DNA of 39,783 nucleotides from Methanobacteriota archaeon (GCA_002706065.1 PAJM01000030.1:1-39783); one strand, 5' to 3'. Positions 1-9,781 are shown, counted from the first letter of the stretch. Notes: a model not told the origin generated them from the letters alone. A program made the numbers and translations.

Positions 1-1
1 A

Positions 2-2422
2 TGTTTCGAAATCTGAGGCAGAGCCATCTGTTGATGCTGTGAAGTTGTCGAGTACATCGCTTAGATTCCAATCGATGATGAGCCCATCACGGTCGTTCAG
101 GGTATCCGATCCTTGGGCACGAAGCGTCACTGTCTGATCTTCTCGGAGAATCCAGGTTCCGTTGGCATCAAACGGTGTGTTAACACCCGCAATCCACACC
201 TCAATGTCTCCGATGGTTGGAGCGACGTTGTAGACTTCAATCGAGGAAAGAACTTCCGTTTCAGCCCCATCATCATCGGTTGCGACCGCTCGGATTGGCA
301 TGACTCCTTCTTCCATTGGAGTGAAGGTACACGTTGGTTGCGTGAGGCCTTCTTGGCAGATTAAATCCGGCCAAGAGATGCTCACTTGCTGACCTGATGG
401 AGAGATCGTGTCAACGTCACCGCTATCGCTTGCGTCAATGGTAATGGTGGATTCTACTGCTACTTCTGTTGGATGACTCAGATTGACAAATGGAGCTCGA
501 TTCAGGATTGTAACGTTGTTGATAAGTACCGTTGAATCCAGTTCGTCATCGGTAACGATGGTGCGCAGTTCCCAGTCACCATCATCGGACCAATTCCAGT
601 TCACGAAGCAGTCGGGCGTGGTGATGATGTCAACAAGACCAGGTCTTGATTCGATTTCAAATCGGCATTCCACATCGCCTCCATCGGAGTCGAACGAAGC
701 CCGTGCATCAATGAACACCTGTTCGAACGTATAGTTTCCGGAATCGATTGTAATCGAAGCGTTGGGAGCACGACCGATGAAAACACTAACCATGGCTTGG
801 TTGTTGCTTCGATTTGCGTCATCGGTAATCAATTCGTCTGGATCAACCGTGAACGTCAAATTCTGATTACCTATTGTTGTGCCCTCAGGTACAATCCAAT
901 CCACAAGAATTCGTTGTTCGCTGTATGCATCGATGGAAGGAACCGCTTGACGAATGGCCTGACTCCCCGGAACAACAACTTCCATTTCTGTAGAAGGCGA
1001 AGCAAGAACGCCTCGGTTTTGAGCCGGTAGAGAGAACGTAAGCGTATCGCCGGGTAGAGCATTGTACCCGATGGATTTTGAGAGTGTGGCTGTTTCACCG
1101 CTGCGGGTACGAGTGACAATGATTGAGTCTTCTTGAGCAACGAGGTCGATAGCGACCACTGACAAGTCAATAACGACTGTTGCGACACCGATAATCTCCT
1201 GAACAGGGTCCCATACAATCACGCCGTTGCTGCTGTAATCATCACTTGCAATCGTATCATCCGTGACGTTGGATACATTGATCGATTCCTCGATTTGCCC
1301 GCTGCTGTTGGTGATTGGATTCAGCAGTGTCCCTGTCATCTCGTAGCGAAGTTGAAGATTCTTATTCACTTCTGGAATGCCGTTTGGCGCAACGGCATAA
1401 GTCGCATATATCTTCGACATGGTGTCGGGCAATGTTGCTATAAATTGCGTATCCACCTCAATTTCAACATTCCGAGCACCTGGATTTTTCCGCTTGTCAA
1501 CTCCAAAGGAATCCACAGGTTCGTAGTCCTTCAAAAGCCAGTCAATGGTGAATCCTGCGGCATTTGAGATTCGAATCCAGGAATTAAAACGGACGGCAGG
1601 GCAGTACCAGTTAAATCCAGAATTCACGCCTGAAGCGTTCCACTCGTTGATTTTGTAAGAGTTGTCGCAACCCTCGTATTTGATGTTCGTTCCGTCTTCG
1701 GTTGGAATGCCGTCTTTGGTTACTTGCCAAGAATTGTTTTCAGCACCGTTTGTATCGAATTCTTGCGGATCAAAATAATCGGACGAACCGCTGACCGATG
1801 TCCCAGACATGAAAGGCATGTACCACTGGTCGCCCGTTCTTAGAGGGAAATCGTACTTTTCTTTAGGAGGGTTGTAATAGGTATCAAAGTTGATGTCCGC
1901 TAAGTTTTGTCGGAAAAGACCGATATTGTATGGTACAAAATCAACATCGAGTTCGAATTCTGAATTAATAACCGCATGGTCGCGGACTCGAATGATGTCT
2001 TCTCCGGTATATTCGATATCCAAGCGGCCGCTCACCAATCCAAAACCGGGAACGTCCAATGTGGCTCCGTTGTTCCCAGAGGAAAAATCACCTTCGATTT
2101 TCAATTTGTAAGCGAGGGTTTGTACGCCATTAACGGTGATGAAAAAGATATCTTCGACCTCGTAAACTGTGTCACCAGTAAGTGTGTTCAGGGTTGCTGA
2201 AACATTCGCTTGCGCAATGAGTCTCGCAACATCGAATTGTGTTTCATAGGTCCATTTATCGCCGATTCTCCAACTCGGAACGTCGGTAGAGCTTGTCGAT
2301 CCCGAAGTTCGCTCAACGGAATCACGATCTTCCAGTGTTTGAACCTCATCATGGACCATGTGAACCATGGACATACAGGTCAACAAAAACAACACAAACA
2401 GCGCAGATAAGCGGTTCGCCAT
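2..2422 (-). CDS. Large secreted/cell-surface protein with CARDB-like and PKD-like domains; paralog of the adjacent gene; 3'-truncated by the window edge
   Basis: Not in the ORF track because it has no stop inside the window. My translation from ATG 2422 stays open for 807 codons: MANRLSALFVLFLLTCMSMVH (signal peptide)...TDVPSWRIGDKWTY...YDFPLRTGDQW...GCDNSY...WYCPAV...GYNALPGD...DANRSNN...IGRAP...ASFDSDGGDVEC...TDDDGA...DGSASDFET. It is collinear with 2447..5947. Confidence 0.9.
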   Translation of the reverse strand, partial: MANRLSALFVLFLLTCMSMVHMVHDEVQTLEDRDSVERTSGSTSSTDVPSWRIGDKWTYETQFDVARLIAQANVSATLNTLTGDTVYEVEDIFFITVNGVQTLAYKLKIEGDFSSGNNGATLDVPGFGLVSGRLDIEYTGEDIIRVRDHAVINSEFELDVDFVPYNIGLFRQNLADINFDTYYNPPKEKYDFPLRTGDQWYMPFMSGTSVSGSSDYFDPQEFDTNGAENNSWQVTKDGIPTEDGTNIKYEGCDNSYKINEWNASGVNSGFNWYCPAVRFNSWIRISNAAGFTIDWLLKDYEPVDSFGVDKRKNPGARNVEIEVDTQFIATLPDTMSKIYATYAVAPNGIPEVNKNLQLRYEMTGTLLNPITNSSGQIEESINVSNVTDDTIASDDYSSNGVIVWDPVQEIIGVATVVIDLSVVAIDLVAQEDSIIVTRTRSGETATLSKSIGYNALPGDTLTFSLPAQNRGVLASPSTEMEVVVPGSQAIRQAVPSIDAYSEQRILVDWIVPEGTTIGNQNLTFTVDPDELITDDANRSNNQAMVSVFIGRAPNASITIDSGNYTFEQVFIDARASFDSDGGDVECRFEIESRPGLVDIITTPDCFVNWNWSDDGDWELRTIVTDDELDSTVLINNVTILNRAPFVNLSHPTEVAVESTITIDASDSGDVDTISPSGQQVSISWPDLICQEGLTQPTCTFTPMEEGVMPIRAVATDDDGAETEVLSSIEVYNVAPTIGDIEVWIAGVNTPFDANGTWILREDQTVTLRAQGSDTLNDRDGLIIDWNLSDVLDNFTASTDGSASDFET

Positions 2423-2446
2423 GGGCGAATGTCCTCTTCCTCGTAC

Positions 2447-5400
2447 TTAGGAATTGTCAAGTTGTGAGTCGAGCCACTGTTGGCCATAATGTTCCCACTG
2501 TTCAGGTGTCCATCCGTTTGGCAAACCAGTTTCAGGAATTGGAGGACCGGTCGATTGAGTCGATGCTGGAATGACGGAGTCAAACGCGTGATCAACCGGT
2601 GGATCGTGTGGTCGGTTTCTGCGTGCTGAAATCTCGTGAGGCATCAAGCCAACTTCTTCATCGCTGAAAATAGCATTCTGTTGTTGATCCATTCGATCCA
2701 TCGCTCGTTGGTGACGACCAGAACGGCGTCTACGGGTCATGAGGCCTAAGAGGAGGAACATGATGACAAGAAGGGACAATTGTGCGATTGGATTTGCCTC
2801 TTCGCCAACGAGAGCAGCACCCATCTCCTCAACGATTGTGCGCTCTGGGGCCCCAATTTCGATATTGAGCACTCGTGTGCCTGGGCGCTCAGGATTCTCA
2901 TCCCAAGCCATGACGCGAATTGAATACGAGCCTCGCTTTTTGAAGACGTGTTCGATTTGTTTTCCAACCTCGTCAGCATCGTTGTTTTTGATGCCGTCAC
3001 CGTTGCTGTCGACTGAAGTGTCCAGATCCCAAACGACGGTGATTTGGTCAAGGTCATTGAGCGAGTCAATCGTATCTGTTGCATCGAGAACACATGTTTC
3101 CAATGCGTTGCACACCACGCTCTTTGTTCGAACGATTGGAGGGATGTTCAAAACTTCGATTGAAAGAACTTCGCTGACACGTACTCCATCATCATCCGTA
3201 ACGTGGTAGATGACCGTATGTGTTCCACTTGTGTTCCAGTGCCAAACAAGCTCGTCGCCTGCCACGTCGCAATCATCATCAGCGCCTCCAAAATCGTTGG
3301 AGTCAAGGCCAGGATCAACATCCCAACACCGGACCAATGAATCATAATCGGATGGTGTGTCGGTTGCGTTTCCAACCAAACGCACTTCCTCACCTTCAGC
3401 CAAGGGGAGTACCTCTTCCAACGGCTCAACAACAGGAGGGACATTTGCAACGCTTACCCATCGCTCGTACGTGCCACTGCTCGCACCTTCGGAATCACTG
3501 ACCTCAAGACGCATTCGATGCAATCCAGAGGTTTCCCACATCATTTCAAACTCGGAAACCCTTCCGTCGAATTTTTTGATCAAATTTGGTTGTTGATCGT
3601 CGGGCCACCAGCGGTGTGTTAAACCGTCCAAATCATCGATGGAATCCAAGGCTTGCCCACGGAGATTCACGACTTGATCTTCCTGGACATGCCACGTTTG
3701 TTGAATATCCAGCGGCAATGGCCCGCTTTCATTTGTCATCGTCACGGATAATCCGTGCGGATTAATGTTGGTGAACCGGATATCAATACTGGCCATTGTC
3801 ATTGCACTGTCATCATCGACACCGACCGCTTGGAATGTATGCCATCCTTCGGTTGGTGCGGTAGTTGTACAAACCCGCGTGTAATATCCCTCCTCACAAA
3901 TTGCATTTGGCCAATAGACATCGACAATGCCGGGAAATGTATCTTCCGAATCGGTATCGTTGGCGTATGCATAGAGCGTGACTGGATGTTCGACTTTGAC
4001 TTCTGTTCGTGCGCTAACAACCTCGATGTTCGGGGCTCTGTTGAGAATCACAACATCCAGAATAGCATTCACTTCGTCCTGTTCTTCGTCCGTGATTGTT
4101 ACCTCGATTGGATAGTCCCCATCGTTCGTCCATGTCCAGTTCAGCATACAATCGATGGATTCAACTTTGGTCCATGCCGCACTACGTGTGCCATCATACC
4201 ATGGAATGTTGAACAGACAGGAAACGTTTCCTCCATCTTCATCAAAACTTCCTGAAGCGTTGATCACCGTCTCGACGTTGGTGTACACTTCAATTGGCTC
4301 AAGAACAGCTGTTGGCAATCGTCCGATGAACAATTCAATCTCGCCGAGGTCGTTGTCCGAATTTGCATCCGCAGCATTGACTTGTAAGGGGTCGGACTCC
4401 CAGCGGATTGGTATCAATCCAATCGATGCATCTACAGGGACGGTCCAAGTAAAGTTGACCTTGTGGGATTCGTAAGTTCCAAGGGAAGGCAGTACAAGAT
4501 CAAAAATCGAACTGTCTGGATGATAAATTCTCAAATCTGTTTGCGTTGATGGCGTTATGCCTTTGTTCACGACAGCCACCTCGATGGTCAATTCATCACC
4601 AGGAAGAACGTTGTACCCTGACAGAGAACTGACTGTGCTGATTTCACCACTGCGGTTGCGTATCACAACAGCGCGTTCCTCATCAGCAATGAGGTCCAAT
4701 CCAACGAGGTACTCATCAAGGGTAATGGTTGCAGTACCGACATAATTCCCAGATTTTGCCAATATTCCATGACTTGCCCAGTCGGTGTTGGTTGCAGAAT
4801 AATCAATGCTGTTTCCAGAATTGATGGTTACGCTTGCTGAACCGTTCGAAGCAGTATAGACCGTTGTTGAGGTTCCGTCGTAGGCCACCTCTACGCCGAC
4901 GCCACTGATTGTTCCAAAGCACGATGGATGGAGGTGGACCCAGACATCCATTGGCGAATCAAGAGCTGTGAGTGCTCGTTCTGGATCAACGTCAACACAG
5001 GTAGGTCTTGTTCCTGGATCGCTATTGCTTTCCACACCAGACGATCCGACCGGCATGTACTGTTTCAATCGGAAATCGATTGTAAGTCCGACATCTTCCT
5101 CAGCGTGTCTCCAAGCATAATTGTTCACTGCAGGGCAGTACCAGCGGTAACCGGTTGAAACTCCATTTGAATTCCAAGATGTGAGTTCGTACGATGCATC
5201 GCAGCCGCTGTAAGCGATACCGGCCCCATTTTGGTTTCGAGGCTGACCAACATCAGTGACTTCCCATGTTGTCGTATTGGTGTCGGTCTCAGGGGGCGGG
5301 AATGGTGTGATGTAGTCACTTTGACCAGACCACGTCGAGGATGCTGTGGTCAACGATGTCCAGCGTTCACCGTATCGAAGTGGGAAGTCGTATGCTTCAG

Positions 5401-5947
5401 TTGCTGGGCTGTATTCGTTTGTGATTGTTATATCACCAAGGATTTGAGTCAAGGAACCAATTCCATACGGGATGAATTTGATGTACAAGTCAAGGTCATT
5501 CTTGACCGTTGCAAAGTCGCTCACTCGAAGATATTCTGTTTGAGTGAACTCAATTTCAGCGTTCCCAGTAAACCCATCGAGTTCAACTCCGCTTTTATCG
5601 AAGTCTGCCGTCATTCGAAGTTTGTAGACCCATTCTGTGCGGTTGTCGAATTGAAGTTCAAGAATATCGATGACTTCAGCCGTCGAATCACCTCGGATTT
5701 CTCCAACTGTTGCAGAGACGCCGGTGTCTGAAATCAAGATCGAAGGGTCAAAGGTTCCTGAATAAATCCACTTATCCCCAATTCTCCATGAGGGTAAGTC
5801 GGTCACGCCAGGGTCTGTTCCGGTTCTGAGAACATCCTGTTCATCGTCGAGTTGAATCTGATGCGTAATGAATGGAACCTGACTAAATCCGAACATCAGA
5901 CCCAGCACGAGCAGGGTCAAGATACGTGACTTGAGCGCTCCGCCCAT
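2447..5947 (-). CDS. Membrane-anchored surface protein (N-terminal unknown domain, CARDB-like domain, several PKD-like repeats, C-terminal TM helix, Trp-rich tail), ~1166 aa
   Basis: Hydrophobic signal after MGGALKSR. CARDB-like VVNKG..VNFTW..DANSDND. Repeated PKD-like motifs (NASGSFDED, VTDDDG, VWDLDTSVDSNGDG). TM LSLLVIMFLLLGLM followed by RRRR. Tail GPPIPETGLPNGWTPEQWEHYGQQW. Start moved from GTG 5971 to ATG 5947. Confidence 0.85.
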   Translation of the reverse strand: MGGALKSRILTLLVLGLMFGFSQVPFITHQIQLDDEQDVLRTGTDPGVTDLPSWRIGDKWIYSGTFDPSILISDTGVSATVGEIRGDSTAEVIDILELQFDNRTEWVYKLRMTADFDKSGVELDGFTGNAEIEFTQTEYLRVSDFATVKNDLDLYIKFIPYGIGSLTQILGDITITNEYSPATEAYDFPLRYGERWTSLTTASSTWSGQSDYITPFPPPETDTNTTTWEVTDVGQPRNQNGAGIAYSGCDASYELTSWNSNGVSTGYRWYCPAVNNYAWRHAEEDVGLTIDFRLKQYMPVGSSGVESNSDPGTRPTCVDVDPERALTALDSPMDVWVHLHPSCFGTISGVGVEVAYDGTSTTVYTASNGSASVTINSGNSIDYSATNTDWASHGILAKSGNYVGTATITLDEYLVGLDLIADEERAVVIRNRSGEISTVSSLSGYNVLPGDELTIEVAVVNKGITPSTQTDLRIYHPDSSIFDLVLPSLGTYESHKVNFTWTVPVDASIGLIPIRWESDPLQVNAADANSDNDLGEIELFIGRLPTAVLEPIEVYTNVETVINASGSFDEDGGNVSCLFNIPWYDGTRSAAWTKVESIDCMLNWTWTNDGDYPIEVTITDEEQDEVNAILDVVILNRAPNIEVVSARTEVKVEHPVTLYAYANDTDSEDTFPGIVDVYWPNAICEEGYYTRVCTTTAPTEGWHTFQAVGVDDDSAMTMASIDIRFTNINPHGLSVTMTNESGPLPLDIQQTWHVQEDQVVNLRGQALDSIDDLDGLTHRWWPDDQQPNLIKKFDGRVSEFEMMWETSGLHRMRLEVSDSEGASSGTYERWVSVANVPPVVEPLEEVLPLAEGEEVRLVGNATDTPSDYDSLVRCWDVDPGLDSNDFGGADDDCDVAGDELVWHWNTSGTHTVIYHVTDDDGVRVSEVLSIEVLNIPPIVRTKSVVCNALETCVLDATDTIDSLNDLDQITVVWDLDTSVDSNGDGIKNNDADEVGKQIEHVFKKRGSYSIRVMAWDENPERPGTRVLNIEIGAPERTIVEEMGAALVGEEANPIAQLSLLVIMFLLLGLMTRRRRSGRHQRAMDRMDQQQNAIFSDEEVGLMPHEISARRNRPHDPPVDHAFDSVIPASTQSTGPPIPETGLPNGWTPEQWEHYGQQWLDSQLDNS

Positions 5948-5992
5948 GGATGTGCTTAGATGTTCTTGCACATGAAGGGTGCGCCGAAGGCA

Positions 5993-6607
5993 TCAGAGTA
6001 GGTCAGCGAGTTCGTCCTTGATGATCTCAACTGCTTCCAAAATCTCGTCCTTGTGTCGAGCACCGGTAATGACCATCTTACCGCTACCGAAAATCAGGCA
6101 GACAACCTTTGGATAATCGAGGCGATAAATGAGTCCAGGGAATTGCTCTGGTTCGTATTCGACTTTGTCGAATGGAAGATGGAATGTAAGGTTGTTGAGG
6201 TTCAACTTACGAGGCTCACCAGCGAGTGGTGCCCCTGTAAACTTGTCATTTCCATCGTAATCTTCAGGGTAGTGAAGAGCGTAGGTTGCAACCATGTTTT
6301 GGACTTCAATTTCAACATCCTTGAGATCCCATGTTGTGATTCCAGCAGCACGCAGATCCTTGATCATTCGGTCGATGCCGGTGTGAATATTGTCCTCGTC
6401 TTTTCCGCCGGTGCAGACTGCTCGTCCAGAACGGAACATGAGGATGGCAAGTTTCGGGTCAGTAACTCGATAAACGACACCAGGGAATTGTTCAGGCTCA
6501 TACTCACAGTTGAGTTGGATTGCAATGTCTGGGAGATCGAGTTCTTCGGCTACGCGGGTACTTGCTACAACATTGACGACAGTCAATCGCTCTTCATCGG
6601 TGGTCAT
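5993..6607 (-). CDS. tbp: TATA-box-binding protein
   Basis: Two direct repeats, each with NxVA, YEPEQFPGxxYR, FxSG and TG motifs typical of archaeal TBP. Confidence 0.98.
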   Translation of the reverse strand: MTTDEERLTVVNVVASTRVAEELDLPDIAIQLNCEYEPEQFPGVVYRVTDPKLAILMFRSGRAVCTGGKDEDNIHTGIDRMIKDLRAAGITTWDLKDVEIEVQNMVATYALHYPEDYDGNDKFTGAPLAGEPRKLNLNNLTFHLPFDKVEYEPEQFPGLIYRLDYPKVVCLIFGSGKMVITGARHKDEILEAVEIIKDELADLL

Positions 6608-6629
6608 GGGTTGCGGCTTTCCACCCGCA

Positions 6630-6637
6630 TATATAAA
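6630..6637 (-). promoter_or_regulatory. Canonical archaeal TATA box (TTTATATA) of tbp, probably a leaderless transcript
   Basis: The minus strand reads TTTATATA, ending 22 nt before the ATG at 6607. Confidence 0.75.
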
Positions 6638-6680
6638 TGAGAGGACGACTCTTGGATTGAAATCCTTTCAGTATAGGGCC

Positions 6681-7661
6681 TCAACTTATATGTTCAAATC
6701 GCAGACCTTCCTCATTGAATTCAGAGATAAACGCTCGACCACCCTCCATTTCGATGGCGCCAACCGTTTGTTCAGGGTTTCTCGTTAGAGCAATCATACA
6801 ACCTCCCCCGCCTGCGCCAGTCATTTTGACGCCCAAACTACTCGGAGCAGCAGCGCGTATGAGTCGTTCCAGTTCAGGAGATGAAACACCAAGTGACCGA
6901 AGAACCATGTGATTTTCTGTCATTGCTTGACCAACCGCTTCCATGTTGCCTTCCTTCAAGGATTGGATACCCCTCCGAGTGATTGCTCCGATGGTTTCGA
7001 GTTCCACTTGACGTACTGGATTGTCTTTGATGAGGTTTGCGACGTGCTTGACCATAGCAGAGGTTGACCCATGGACGCCTGTGTTTCCCACCACAAGCGC
7101 AACGTCTTCTGGTATGTTTGCGTTAAAAGTATGCAAATGCCATTCCAGTTGTTGTCCGTTGACTTCCATCGTTCTAGTTTCGATGAAATCAAGACTTTCT
7201 TCGACATGGTCGGAGAGCACAACAAAACCCCCATAGGAACTTGCTGCTGTATCAACTGGACTGGCACGACCTGACTGTGCCTTGGCCTCGGCACGATGCG
7301 ATAGAGTACTAGCTTGAAGCAAATCGATCGGCTCTCCTCGAAGTTGTTGAAGGGCACCGCAGAGGGCAACCGACAATGCCGCAGACGATCCGAGTCCAGA
7401 TGCTTTGGGAATCGTCCCTCGAATGCGGATGTGAAGTGGTCGTCCATCAAGCGGAGGGAGATGTTTTCGAATGTATTCAACATGCGGATGTTTTCTCGGA
7501 TTAAAAGTCCGGCCATCGAGCCGCCATGAATCGAACGTTTCCTCTTTTTCGATTTCGATGATCATGCGCTGGTTAATGCTGCATGCCAATGCGGGTTGGC
7601 CATAGACTACGGCATGTTCTCCGAAAAGAATGCACTTTCCAGGAGCACTTGCTTTGACCAT
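6681..7661 (-). CDS. mvk: Mevalonate kinase (GHMP kinase)
   Basis: APGKCILFGEHAVVYG, IPKASGLGSSAA ATP-binding loop, SPVD, KMTGAGGGGC. Confidence 0.93.
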   Translation of the reverse strand: MVKASAPGKCILFGEHAVVYGQPALACSINQRMIIEIEKEETFDSWRLDGRTFNPRKHPHVEYIRKHLPPLDGRPLHIRIRGTIPKASGLGSSAALSVALCGALQQLRGEPIDLLQASTLSHRAEAKAQSGRASPVDTAASSYGGFVVLSDHVEESLDFIETRTMEVNGQQLEWHLHTFNANIPEDVALVVGNTGVHGSTSAMVKHVANLIKDNPVRQVELETIGAITRRGIQSLKEGNMEAVGQAMTENHMVLRSLGVSSPELERLIRAAAPSSLGVKMTGAGGGGCMIALTRNPEQTVGAIEMEGGRAFISEFNEEGLRFEHIS

Positions 7662-7715
7662 GTTCCTTGCAGACCTATCACAACCATTAGGATTGGTATT
7701 GGTTTCATCGTTGGG

Positions 7716-7721
7716 TTGAAG
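7716..7721 (+). promoter_or_regulatory. Putative variant TATA element TTGAAG
   Basis: 23 nt before ATG 7745; same motif and spacing as at seven other genes (see findings). Confidence 0.55.
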
Positions 7722-7744
7722 GATTAGAGGTGTTTAGGGGAATC

Positions 7745-9772
7745 ATGATGGAACATCCACTCGACGTTTCCTATGCAGGAATCAAGGGGTATTACTTACT
7801 CCTTGTTCTTGGCGGAATCTCGATTGGATTCTTCGCTTATCAGGTGCAGAAAGCAACACGTTTGGTTCTGTTAGGCGCTCCAGACAAGCGTTTTGATTCC
7901 TGGGGCAAGCGGATGAAAGAAACCCTCACCGTTTGGCTTGGACAACGCAAGGTTCTGGAAGACAAGGTTGCTGGTACCATGCACGTTCTGATGTTTTGGG
8001 GATTCCTCATGCTGTCTTCTGACATGCTTGACTTGGCTACAGCCAATCGTTTCAGTGAACACATCCTCCCAGATGCATTGAATGGAATCTGGAACGGTAT
8101 GGTCGAGCTTGGCTACACAAGTGCCCTTGTCGGTTGCTTTCTTGCGTTGAATCGCCGAGTGTTGTTCACGCCCGAGAAGTTGAAAGGGAAGTCGCAACTT
8201 GAGGGCAATGTAATTCTCCTCCTCATCATGACGATTTGTACCACGTCCTACGTCGTTGAGGCCGGTGAAAATCCACATCCGATGTGGGAAATGATCGGCG
8301 CATGGGTCCAAGATACCTTTGCACCCTCGCAAACAACGATCAACATCGCCTATTGGGCACACATGGTTGCGATTTGCACCTTCTTGTTTTTGATTCCTCT
8401 CTCCAAGCACATGCACTTGGTCATGGCCCTTCCGAACGTTGCGTTTTTCGATACCGAACCAATGGCGAAAATGCGACCTCTTGCAACAGACGAAAGCGGT
8501 TCTGCTGTGTCGTTAGAAGAACTCGATTTGGAATCGTTTGGAGCCGCTAATTACACGCAATTGTCCTGGAGAAGTCTCATTGATGGATGGGCTTGTACAT
8601 CGTGTGCACGGTGCCAGGATGTGTGCCCAGCATATGCGAGTGGGAAAGAATTGAATCCGATGCAAATCATTCATGACGTTCGCCACTATGCCAACGAAAA
8701 TGCATCTCAGCTCTTTGCTGGTGAAACACCGGAAGAAGACATCATCGCTCGCTTTGGTGAAGAGGCAATATGGGCCTGTACCACATGTCACGCTTGTGTC
8801 GATGTTTGTCCTGTCAACATCGAACATGTACCTAAACTGACCGATGCCCGCCGTCATCTCATGATGGAACGGATGGAGTTTGATGAAGCAGTTGAAGATA
8901 CCATTATGCCGCTGATGGCTACCATTGAAAATTTGGAATCTGATTCCAATCCATACGGTCTTCCATCACACGAGCGTGGAGATTGGGCAGCAGATCTTGA
9001 CGTGAAGGTTGCCGAGCCAGCAGAATACATCTATTTCGCAGGTTGCGCAGCTTCCTTCGACGAGCGAAATAAGAAAGTCGCTCGTGATACCATTTCAATC
9101 ATGAAGGAAGCAGGACTAGATGTTGGCATCCTCGGTATGCAGGAAGGCTGCACTGGTGATGCTGCTCGCCGTGCTGGGAACGAGTACTTGTTCCAAATGC
9201 TTGCAGAGACAAATTTGGAGACCTTCGACGAACTTGGCGTCAAGAAAGTTGTTGCCTCCTGTCCACACTGTTTCCACACGCTTGGAAAAGAGTACAAGGA
9301 TTACGGCGGTGAAGACATTGAGGTCATGCACCATTCTCAATTGATTGCACATTTGCAACACGAGGGTAAACTGCCTGAACCAGAACACGATGGTTCAGTA
9401 ACCTACCACGATCCGTGTTATCTCGGTCGAATAGGTGGTGAATATGATGCACCTCGAGATGCCATCGGCGGAATCGATGTAGAAACTGAGCGTCACGGTC
9501 GCGGCTCGTTCTGTTGCGGTGCTGGTGGTGCTCAAATGTGGATGGAAGAACACGTCCCAGATAGCCACGACCGCGTGAACATCATTCGTGCCAAGGAACT
9601 TGCTTCCACTGGTGCGGATACAGTTGCTGTTGGATGCCCATTCTGTTCAACCATGGTGACGGACGGCCTGTCCGCAATCGATGTAGAAATGGAAGTCAAA
9701 GACATCGCTGAATTGGTTTGGGAGCAGATCAAAGCCAACGATGCGAAGATACAAGAAGCAAAGGCTGCTTGA
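7745..9772 (+). CDS. Membrane-bound Fe-S oxidoreductase, FadF/HdrD/GlpC type (ETF:quinone oxidoreductase-like)
   Basis: N-terminal multi-TM region with conserved His (MHVLMFWGF, WAHMV, SKHMHL). Two ferredoxin motifs (CTSCARCQDVCP, CTTCHACVDVCP). Two cysteine-rich CCG-type domains (FAGC..CTG..CPHC; YHDPC..CCG..CPFC). Confidence 0.88.
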   Translation: MMEHPLDVSYAGIKGYYLLLVLGGISIGFFAYQVQKATRLVLLGAPDKRFDSWGKRMKETLTVWLGQRKVLEDKVAGTMHVLMFWGFLMLSSDMLDLATANRFSEHILPDALNGIWNGMVELGYTSALVGCFLALNRRVLFTPEKLKGKSQLEGNVILLLIMTICTTSYVVEAGENPHPMWEMIGAWVQDTFAPSQTTINIAYWAHMVAICTFLFLIPLSKHMHLVMALPNVAFFDTEPMAKMRPLATDESGSAVSLEELDLESFGAANYTQLSWRSLIDGWACTSCARCQDVCPAYASGKELNPMQIIHDVRHYANENASQLFAGETPEEDIIARFGEEAIWACTTCHACVDVCPVNIEHVPKLTDARRHLMMERMEFDEAVEDTIMPLMATIENLESDSNPYGLPSHERGDWAADLDVKVAEPAEYIYFAGCAASFDERNKKVARDTISIMKEAGLDVGILGMQEGCTGDAARRAGNEYLFQMLAETNLETFDELGVKKVVASCPHCFHTLGKEYKDYGGEDIEVMHHSQLIAHLQHEGKLPEPEHDGSVTYHDPCYLGRIGGEYDAPRDAIGGIDVETERHGRGSFCCGAGGAQMWMEEHVPDSHDRVNIIRAKELASTGADTVAVGCPFCSTMVTDGLSAIDVEMEVKDIAELVWEQIKANDAKIQEAKAA

Positions 9773-9781
9773 TACCAATCG

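Noticed and set aside
241-260. Possible frameshift in the first ORF
   Set aside because: Base-by-base re-reading shows the frame stays open (ETEVLSSIEVYNVAP) and stays collinear with the paralog.
113-2595. Cluster of short ORFs (66-115 aa) in the track, suggesting a non-coding or small-protein region
   Set aside because: Nearly all are shadows of the long minus-strand ORF 2..2422, which the track omitted because it lacks a stop in the window; the rest overlap the end of the next gene.
7745-9772. Heterodisulfide reductase as a sign of methanogenesis
   Set aside because: The architecture fits the widespread FadF/EMO family and no methanogenesis genes are present.
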